Origin: an uncultured Candidatus Kuenenia sp.
Lineage (GTDB): Bacteria; Planctomycetota; Planctomycetia; Pirellulales; UBA1268
Length of the DNA: 36,276 nucleotides
Assembly: GCA_964477765.1 (NCBI GenBank)
Contig: CAYZFV010000204.1
Span: 1-36,276, forward strand
Reading direction: 5' to 3'
The first letter of the stretch is position 1; each line of letters opens with the position of its first letter. Position numbers and translations under genes: made by a program. Positions 26,135-32,963 of the stretch are shown here, in pieces. The notes beneath the pieces were generated by a model. The model was given only the letters and a program-made list of their open reading frames with translations, searched no databases and was not told the origin of the DNA.

Positions 26135-27420
26135 CAGAGGAGGACCTCGTTCATGTTCTTTGTGGCGTTCGAGAACCGGTCGGTCTCGATGCCGAGCCGC
26201 TGCAGAAGCGAGATGTAGAGGTCGCCGAGCACCGGGGCCCCGGGCTGTTTGGGATCGACCGCGACGTGGCTGCCGTGCTTCAAGCCGCCGCCGGCGACAA
26301 GCGTGGGGAGATTGGCATTGCTGTGGCGGCTCGCATCGCCCATGCCCGTGCCGACGAGCACGATCGTATCGTCGAAGAGTGTTTTCCCCTCCGGCGTCTT
26401 CTTCGTCTGGAGTTGTTTCAGGAAGCCTGCGAGGCAATGGATGTGGGCCGTCTCGATCGCGACCAGATCGCGGATCATGACGGGATCGTTGCCGTGGTGT
26501 GAGAGGCCGTGATAGCCGGCCACGAGTTGGCGGCCATCGAGGGAGAAGACCTGCCCGAGCCCATGTAAGAAGAGCGACAGCACGCGGGTCTGGCCGCTTT
26601 CGAGAGCCAGCGCCATGAGGTCGTAGAGGATTCCTTCGGCTTCGATCTGCAGGTTGGGGGTGATCGGGTCGTAGTCGGGCAGCGTGTAGGTGGCCGTTGG
26701 GGCCGGCTGGTCGAGCGCCGCCCGTTGCCGAGTCATCCGCTTTTCGACCGCCCGCAGCGATTCAAAATACTCCTCGAGTTTCGCGCGGTCTCGTCCGCCG
26801 AGCGACCGCTGCAGGCGGGTCGCATCATCGAGCACCATGTCCAGCGCGCTGGCTCCACTGTCGAGCAGGTAGGCCGAGCGGGCTCGGTCGGTATTCGAGG
26901 AAAACAGTTTCCGATAGAGCACGCTCGGCCGGTCGATCTGCGGCAGCCCGACGCCCTGCTTCGTGAAGCTCATCGCCTGCGGGCCCTCGCCGGAGCCGGC
27001 CGTGAGTTCGATCGATGGGTAGCGGGTTTGCTGACCGATGGTGTCGGCGATGATCTGGTCGAGTGACCACGATCCCGGATTCATGCCACAGAGAAAGTTG
27101 TTCCAGGCGGCGTGGCCGTTGGGGGCGCGATGATCAAGACCGGAGAAGACGGTGAAGTGATCGCGAAAGTCGGCGAGTGGGGCGAGCGTCGGTGGGAGGT
27201 CGTAGTCGCGGCCCGGTGTCTTCGGGAGAAAGGCATTCTGATGCCAGCCCAGGTAGGTGCCGATAGCCACGAAGTTTTTGGGGCCCGAGGAAGCCGGCGT
27301 CGGAGCGGCGAAGGCTTCCAGCGCAGGCAGGGCGATCGCCACGCCGCCCGCGCGGAGCACCTGTCGGCGGGAAAGACCGAGAGTTGCCGAGCGAGTCGGC
27401 GTGGCAAAAGACGATCGCAT
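26134..27420 (-). CDS. DUF1552 (HXXSHH family) protein with Tat-like signal, second paralog
   Basis: SRRQVLRAGGVAIALPALEAFA and a canonical HGLSHH motif. The ATG at 27420 has AAGGA 8 nt upstream (alternative ATG at 27459). The stop overlaps the downstream start by 1 nt (TGATG). Confidence 0.9.
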   Translation of the reverse strand: MRSSFATPTRSATLGLSRRQVLRAGGVAIALPALEAFAAPTPASSGPKNFVAIGTYLGWHQNAFLPKTPGRDYDLPPTLAPLADFRDHFTVFSGLDHRAPNGHAAWNNFLCGMNPGSWSLDQIIADTIGQQTRYPSIELTAGSGEGPQAMSFTKQGVGLPQIDRPSVLYRKLFSSNTDRARSAYLLDSGASALDMVLDDATRLQRSLGGRDRAKLEEYFESLRAVEKRMTRQRAALDQPAPTATYTLPDYDPITPNLQIEAEGILYDLMALALESGQTRVLSLFLHGLGQVFSLDGRQLVAGYHGLSHHGNDPVMIRDLVAIETAHIHCLAGFLKQLQTKKTPEGKTLFDDTIVLVGTGMGDASRHSNANLPTLVAGGGLKHGSHVAVDPKQPGAPVLGDLYISLLQRLGIETDRFSNATKNMNEVLL

Positions 27421-27506
27421 ATCGGTATCCTTTTCAGGATGCCGACGGCTGAACGCCACCGTGCCTCGTAGGCCGTGTCGGATGTGGCCGCACGTCAGTG
27501 GCTATG

Positions 27507-27531
27507 CCAAAACCCGGCTTTTTTCTGCCGG
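27507..27531 (-). terminator. Weak intrinsic-terminator-like hairpin after the DUF1559-lipoprotein pair
   Basis: Minus-sense sequence reads CCGGC-AGAAAAAA-GCCGG followed by GTTTTG, 26-50 nt after the lipoprotein stop (27557). The stem is only 5 bp. Confidence 0.3.
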
Positions 27532-27556
27532 TTTGCGTTATAGTCGCCGCAGACGA

Positions 27557-27982
27557 CTAACGCCGCCGGGGCGGACGCGGAAGCGGCACGTCGAAATCGA
27601 GCGTCGTCGATTGTTGCGGCAGGTCGCAGGCTGTCATGTAGTCACTGAAAAGCGCGGTGTTTTTCGTCTCGTTGATCACGGGGCCGCTCGCACCGTTGAT
27701 CCGCACGATATGGGGCCCGCCCACGGCACCGAGGTGGGTTTGAAAACGGCCGGCAACGATGTCGGCATAGCCGGCAGGGCCACGGTTGCCCCGGCTCGTG
27801 TCGGGTTCGAAGGCGATCGTACCCAAGGGCACCGGTTCACCACGAAAGGTGACGGTCCCACTCACCGAATACCGCGGCGGGCCGGTCTGTTTGGAGCAGC
27901 CAACCAAAAGTCCACCTGCGCAGGCTACGGCACATACCAGTGGCAAGCTTGCCCAACTTGGAATTCCTATGCGACTAGTCAT
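27557..27982 (-). CDS. Small lipoprotein, carboxypeptidase-regulatory-like fold candidate (paralog of 23019..23474)
   Basis: Canonical lipobox LLVGC, then VSGTVTFRGEPVPLGTIAFEPD...GPHIVRING...DFDVPLP. The gene overlaps the upstream DUF1559 gene by 8 nt. Confidence 0.8.
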   Translation of the reverse strand: MTSRIGIPSWASLPLVCAVACAGGLLVGCSKQTGPPRYSVSGTVTFRGEPVPLGTIAFEPDTSRGNRGPAGYADIVAGRFQTHLGAVGGPHIVRINGASGPVINETKNTALFSDYMTACDLPQQSTTLDFDVPLPRPPRRR

Positions 27983-28970
27983 CGAAGGCCTTCACCTCTC
28001 CGCTGGCGCGTTGCCCGAGAAGGCGATAGACGTCCAGTTGGATGTTTTGACTGATGAACCGCGTCGAGGCGTCTGCCATGGAGAAGTGACATCCCCCGGG
28101 GTGATTGCTGCCAAATGCTCGGGTGAACACACCATAGTCAACCGAACGGGCAGGATTGTGCGTTGATGAGTTGATGCCATCCATAGCGGCCGCCATGCCG
28201 GAAGGTTCAGCGGCCACGCCGACGTTGATGCCGGAAGCCCACGAGAGCGAAGAATTGGCATCCCCATCCTTGTGCCGCGCGTATTTTGTCTCCCCGAGCA
28301 GGAAGACCTTGCTCGTGCCGTCGGTGATGTCTTTGAGACGCGTCGCTGAGTTGGCGTAGAAGATGCCATTCCGGAAAAAGTGTCGTACCCAGTTGATGCA
28401 TTCGCCAGCCGCGCCACCCCCACCCCCCATGCAGGCATGATAGTTGGTGTTGTATGACGCAGGCGTGGAGTTGGGGTCGCTCGGGCATTGGAATTGGTTG
28501 TTCGGAATGAATTGATGGGCAGCGTTGGCCGCGGTGTAACTGCCATTTCTGGTGGTCCATCGGGCGGAAAACGGACGGTCCATGGTGAAGGCATCGGCGA
28601 GAGCCTGCCCCTCCATGAAGGGCAACAGCCAGACCGTCCACGATGGACCAACCTGATAGTTCTCATTGCCGTTCATCAGATTGCAATCGAGCGTGGATGG
28701 CCCGCTGCCGGTGCCCGCCGGCGGCGGATTGAACACCGTGCCCCCGGGGGGCATTTTTCCTTTCGAGGATTCGAACGAGTGCGTTGCGAGGGCGAGCTGC
28801 CGCAGCTTATTGCTGCACGACGATCGTCGGGCCGCCTCGCGGGCGGCCTGCACGGCCGGCAACAGCAGGCCGATCAACACGCCGATGATCGCGATCACCA
28901 CGAGCAGCTCCACGAGCGTGAAGGCTTTGGTGGCTGCCAGTCGTGGACGGCAACCATGAGCGTAAATCAT
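27975..28970 (-). CDS. DUF1559 protein with prepilin-type N-terminal cleavage/methylation domain
   Basis: ATG at 28970 with GAGGAG upstream (ORF-track 29348 is over-extended). AFTLVELLVVIAIIGVLIGLLLPAVQAAREAARRSSCSNKLRQLALA is the signature N-terminus. The C-terminal GGCHFSMADASTRF resembles the H-X9-DG motif. Confidence 0.9.
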   Translation of the reverse strand: MIYAHGCRPRLAATKAFTLVELLVVIAIIGVLIGLLLPAVQAAREAARRSSCSNKLRQLALATHSFESSKGKMPPGGTVFNPPPAGTGSGPSTLDCNLMNGNENYQVGPSWTVWLLPFMEGQALADAFTMDRPFSARWTTRNGSYTAANAAHQFIPNNQFQCPSDPNSTPASYNTNYHACMGGGGGAAGECINWVRHFFRNGIFYANSATRLKDITDGTSKVFLLGETKYARHKDGDANSSLSWASGINVGVAAEPSGMAAAMDGINSSTHNPARSVDYGVFTRAFGSNHPGGCHFSMADASTRFISQNIQLDVYRLLGQRASGEVKAFDD

Positions 28971-29167
28971 GACAATCTCCTCGGTAGAAAAGGGCGTTGG
29001 GAAGTTGGGGTCAATGAAGAAATCAGGGCCGCAAAAAAATTCTCCCTCGGACCAGTGTTCTTGATGGTAGCGGGAGGGAAAGTCGCTCGCCATGGCGTGG
29101 CTGCGGCAAAAGTCTTCGTGCTTGCGCCAGGCCTGCGATCCGATATCCCGGTCTCTCGCGGTGCCAA

Positions 29168-29452
29168 TCACTTTTCGGCAAGACGATAGCTCGTGCTCCG
29201 GCCACCCGCTCGATTTTTGAGGAGAATTCCCCGCCGGGCGAAGTCGCCAATATCGCGGAGCGCGGTATCGGCCGAGCACATGGCCAGCATTGCTCGTGAG
29301 CACCCGCAGGCCGGATTTCTGCCGCAGGGCGAAACCCAGCCCTTCCATCCGGCACAGCAGGCGACCCTGACGGTGACGAACTTCCGCGAGAGAAGGAAAA
29401 AACCAGAGAGTTATCCCAGCGAAAGCCCGGCCAGCCCTTTTTTCATGGACAT
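29168..29452 (-). pseudogene. Internally deleted, frameshifted fic pseudogene (paralog of 30403..31506)
   Basis: 29185-29288 aligns without gaps to 30420-30523 (8 mismatches in 104 nt, counted by eye). 29292-29449 aligns to 31342-31499 (about 85%, with two compensating 1-nt indels). About 815 nt of the interior, including the Fic motif, is missing, and the two halves are out of frame. Confidence 0.8.
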
Positions 29453-29537
29453 GTCGTAATAATCATCGCATGCCATGCAGTGTTTATACCCATGATTCAC
29501 CGCACGGCGAAAGGCCCGGAATGAAAAGCGGTGGCGG

Positions 29538-29566
29538 TTGAAAAGTATACAGACGTTCCGTATGAT
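29538..29566 (+). promoter_or_regulatory. Sigma70-like promoter for the Uma2 gene
   Basis: TTGAAA (29538-29543), a 17-nt spacer, TATGAT (29561-29566), then AAGGAG (29576-29581) 8 nt before the ATG at 29590. Confidence 0.45.
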
Positions 29567-29589
29567 GCGGTTCTCAAGGAGATTGGCTC

Positions 29590-30330
29590 ATGGCGACGGC
29601 TGAACACTCTGACGCGGCGACTCGCGAGCGGCCGCTTCCGTCGTCGCGGTTGCCGGAGGATTGGACCGTGCGGGAATTGGAGGCCCACCTTGGCGTGCCG
29701 CCCGAGCGGATTCGGCTGCACCCGCCGCCCGGCATGGCGACCGAGCAGGACGTGCTCGACCTGGAAGAGCATCGACACATCCTCTGCGAACTGGTCGACG
29801 GCATCCTCGTGGAGAAGAGCATGGGCTGGTACGAATCGACGATCGCGCAGATTCTCGGCGGCATGCTCCAGGAGCACCTCCGGCGGCATAAATCTGGCCT
29901 TGGGCTGGGGGCGGATGCTGCCATCAGGCTGCTGGATGGACAGGTGCGGATGCCCGACCTTTGTTTCGTGAGTCGGGAGCGGGTGGCGCGGGCCGATCCA
30001 AAGCGGGGCACGCTGCCGGCACTCGTGCCGAACCTTGCCATCGAGGTGCTTTCTGAAAGCAACACCGATCATGAGATGCAACGCAAACTCCACGACTACT
30101 TTTTAGCCGGCCTCGAATGTGTGTGGCTCATCGATCGGCAGACCCGTTCAGCCAAAGCCTATTCAGCAGTCGATAGGTTCGAGGTGATTGCCAGTGATGG
30201 TCTGCTCGACGCGGGGGCCGTGCTGCCAGGATTCGTCGTATCGCTTGCGGAACTTTTTCATCTCGCCGACGAGCAGGCTGGGCTGGCTGGTCCGGAACGG
30301 GGCCGACTGGTATCGCCGCCACCCTTGTAA
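29590..30330 (+). CDS. Uma2 family (DUF820) PD-(D/E)xK-like endonuclease
   Basis: VRMPDLCFVS ... PNLAIEVLSESNTDHEMQRKLHDYFLAGLECVWLIDRQ is the typical Uma2 core pattern. Confidence 0.85.
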   Translation: MATAEHSDAATRERPLPSSRLPEDWTVRELEAHLGVPPERIRLHPPPGMATEQDVLDLEEHRHILCELVDGILVEKSMGWYESTIAQILGGMLQEHLRRHKSGLGLGADAAIRLLDGQVRMPDLCFVSRERVARADPKRGTLPALVPNLAIEVLSESNTDHEMQRKLHDYFLAGLECVWLIDRQTRSAKAYSAVDRFEVIASDGLLDAGAVLPGFVVSLAELFHLADEQAGLAGPERGRLVSPPPL

Positions 30331-30354
30331 GTCTGAACACCCCACCCTCGGCGG

Positions 30355-30392
30355 AACGAAGGCTCGCCAAAACTGGGACTCACGCCTTCGTT
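30355..30392. terminator. 9-bp perfect inverted repeat between convergent Uma2 and fic genes (possible terminator)
   Basis: AACGAAGGC (30355-30363) and GCCTTCGTT (30384-30392) are separated by a 20-nt loop. On the plus strand the repeat is followed by TTTG. The large loop weakens the call. Confidence 0.3.
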
Positions 30393-30402
30393 TGCCATGC
30401 CT

Positions 30403-31506
30403 TCACGTGTCGGCGAGGCGATAGCTCGTGCTCCGACCACCCGCTTGATTCTTGACAAGAATTCCCCGGCGGGCGAGGTCGCCAATATCGCGGAGCGCGG
30501 TATCGGCCGAGCACTTGGCCAGCTTCGCGTATTTCGATGTGGTGAGCCAGCCTTGAAAGCCGTCGAGCAGACGATTGAGGACGATTGTTTGGCGTTCATT
30601 GAGCGGATCGCCCTCCCGGACCGCCTGCCAGATGTGGGCCTTTCGCAAGACCACCGCCAGGAGCCGATCCGCATCGTCGACCGCGCGGCCAAGACAGCCA
30701 AGAAACCAGGCTATCCAGCGGGTGATGTCGAGATCCCCGCGCTGCGACAGTTCGAGCGTGCGGTAATACTCCTTTTTCTCCCCCTCGATCTGGGTCGACA
30801 TGCTGTAGAACCGGTCGTGGCAGCCGTCACCACGGGCAAGCATTATGTCAGCCAGCCCACGGGCGATGCGACCATTACCATCCTCAAACGGATGAATCGT
30901 TACGAACCAGAGGTGGGTGATGGCCGCCTTGAGCACAGGGTCGATACCGGTTTCGGTATTGCACCAGTCGATGAAGTGGGCCATCTCGTCGGGAAGCCGT
31001 TCGGCCCGCGGCGCCTCAAAGTGGACACGCTCTCGTCCGATCGGGCCCGACACCACCTGCATCGGGCCGGCCTCAACGGGTCGCCACCGACCCACCGCGA
31101 TTTTACGAGAGCCACTGTAGCCGGTTGGGAAGAGGAGCGAATGCCAGCCACAGAGGCGTTTGCGTGAGAGTGGGGCGGCGGCATTGCGGGTCGCGTCCAG
31201 CAGCATCTCGACGATGCCCTCGACGACGCGGCCCGGCTGGCGAATGCCACCGTCGGGGAGCCCGAGCCGCCGTGCGAGCGATGACCGCACGTCATCCACA
31301 TCAAGGATTTCCCCTTCGATCGCGGAGGTGCGCACCACATCGCTCGTGAGCACCCGGAGGCCGGCTTCCTGCCGCAGGTCAAACCCCAGTCCCTCCATCC
31401 GGCCCAGCAGGCGACCCTGACGGTGACGAACGTCCGCGAGAGGAGGCAGCACCCGGGAGTCATCCCAGCGAAAGCCCGGCCACACCTTTTTTTCATGGAT
31501 GTACAT
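30403..31506 (-). CDS. fic: Fic family protein (Fic_N/DUF4172 N-terminus, class II inhibitory helix, C-terminal winged-helix)
   Basis: Start MYIHEKKVWPGFRWDD at 31506. Inhibitory motif TSAIEG ([S/T]xxxE[G/N]). Fic motif HPFEDGNGRIARG (HxFx[D/E]GNGRxxR). C-terminal ALRDIGDLARRGILV is wHTH-like. A TATAAT sits 25 nt upstream (31537-31532, minus sense). Confidence 0.9.
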   Translation of the reverse strand: MYIHEKKVWPGFRWDDSRVLPPLADVRHRQGRLLGRMEGLGFDLRQEAGLRVLTSDVVRTSAIEGEILDVDDVRSSLARRLGLPDGGIRQPGRVVEGIVEMLLDATRNAAAPLSRKRLCGWHSLLFPTGYSGSRKIAVGRWRPVEAGPMQVVSGPIGRERVHFEAPRAERLPDEMAHFIDWCNTETGIDPVLKAAITHLWFVTIHPFEDGNGRIARGLADIMLARGDGCHDRFYSMSTQIEGEKKEYYRTLELSQRGDLDITRWIAWFLGCLGRAVDDADRLLAVVLRKAHIWQAVREGDPLNERQTIVLNRLLDGFQGWLTTSKYAKLAKCSADTALRDIGDLARRGILVKNQAGGRSTSYRLADT

Positions 31507-31673
31507 AATAATCACCGCATGCCGTGCGGCGATTATACCCCGGATTCCCCGCACGTAGCAGGCCGGTGTTTCAGGGTTGAAAAATGTTCATCAGCCCGGT
31601 GGATCAAACACGCGACCGGGCAGGTCCGAAGCGGAGTGCGTTGTCGGCAAACTCCGGTGCGCCATCGGCGCTG

Positions 31674-32840
31674 TCACGCCTTCGTGCGGGTGGCGGCGCG
31701 GTATTTCAGCGGCGTGATGCCGGTCACCTGACGGAAGAGCGTCGCCAGGTATTCGCCCGTGCCGAATCCGCTCGCCTGCGCGACCTTCGGGATCGGCAGA
31801 TCGGTCGTGGCCAGGAGCTGCTTGGCCCGCTCGATCCGCACCCGGCGAATCTCCATCGCCGGCGACCGGCCGAGTGTCTCCTGGAAGGCCCGCTCGAGGC
31901 TGCGGCGCGACATCGGCACCGCCCGGAGCACATCGTCGACATGAATCGGCTCCATCGCGTGCTCGCGGATAAACCCGATCGCCTGCACGAGATCGGGATC
32001 GTCGATCGCGAGCGTGTCGGTGCTCTGCCGCGTGATGATCCCCAGGGGAGGAATGCGGATCGGCAACGGTGGCACTGGCCGGCGATCGATGAGTAGCTGG
32101 AGAATCTCCGCGGCCGTCTCGCCGATCTGCTCGGCATTGACCGAGATCGCCGAGAGCCGCGGCTGGCTCGCCTCGCAGAGCAACGGGTCGTCGACGCCGC
32201 TCAGCACAGCCACGTCTTCGGGCACCAAGAGGCCCGCCCGACGGCAGGCGTCGATCACCGAACGCCCCTGGATCGCCGCCCACGTGAGCACGCCGACCGG
32301 CTTCGGGAGCGACTTGAGCCACTCGACGAGCCGGCTCGGGCGGCCCGCGATCTCGAGGCCGGCCCCGAGGCCATGCACATGACAGGTCTGCCCGGCCTGG
32401 TCGAGCGCCGCCGCAAACGCCTCCTGATGCTCTCGCACATATGAAAGCTTCGGCGGGCCGACATAGGCGAAGTTGCGAAAGCCGCGGTCGAGCAGATGCT
32501 CCGCCGCCATCTGTCCGGTAGCCCGTAGGTCATAGCTCACCCGCGGCGGCTGGGATTTGAGTCCCTCGAGTGTGATCCCGGACACATTGACCACCGGGCA
32601 ACCGATCGCGAGCAGCGCCTTGGCGACTGCCGGCGTGGAGACCCGTGCGATGATCCCGTCTCCCTTCCAGCCATGCGGCAGCGGCCGCCGCTCCCCCTCC
32701 GGCTCCACGTAGAGATGCCAGGGGCCGTGGCGATTCGCATACGCCGCCACGCCGCCGATGATGCTGCGGCCCCAGCCGGTGCTCGCGGGCACGAGCACGG
32801 CGACAAGCGGATGCGATGCGAGAGCCGGGGAAGGGTTCAT
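31674..32840 (-). CDS. XylR-like regulator (periplasmic-binding-protein-like sugar sensor + AraC-type HTH)
   Basis: N-terminal LVAVLVPASTGWGRSIIGGVAAYANRHGPWHLY. C-terminal AraC HTH (RSLERAFQETLGRSPAMEIRRVRIERAKQLLATTDLPIPKVAQASGFGTGEYLATLFRQVTGITPLKYR). The ATG at 32840 is preferred over 32882. Confidence 0.85.
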   Translation of the reverse strand: MNPSPALASHPLVAVLVPASTGWGRSIIGGVAAYANRHGPWHLYVEPEGERRPLPHGWKGDGIIARVSTPAVAKALLAIGCPVVNVSGITLEGLKSQPPRVSYDLRATGQMAAEHLLDRGFRNFAYVGPPKLSYVREHQEAFAAALDQAGQTCHVHGLGAGLEIAGRPSRLVEWLKSLPKPVGVLTWAAIQGRSVIDACRRAGLLVPEDVAVLSGVDDPLLCEASQPRLSAISVNAEQIGETAAEILQLLIDRRPVPPLPIRIPPLGIITRQSTDTLAIDDPDLVQAIGFIREHAMEPIHVDDVLRAVPMSRRSLERAFQETLGRSPAMEIRRVRIERAKQLLATTDLPIPKVAQASGFGTGEYLATLFRQVTGITPLKYRAATRTKA

Positions 32841-32963
32841 GACCTGCCTGAGTTGTACCCCACGGCAGGAATTTTGACGCATGAGCGAAGGTTTTTCGCG
32901 GGTTTGCGTGGCGGCCTTTGCGACAGCCAGAATGCGAAAAGTACCAACAAGGAGACTGCAGCC

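Noticed and set aside
31584-32096. 170-aa plus-strand ORF starting in the fic-xylR intergenic region, plus similar ORFs 29193..29459 (+) and 29497..30093 (-)
   Set aside because: They overlap well-supported genes or the pseudogene on the opposite strand, have biased composition, and show no family signatures.
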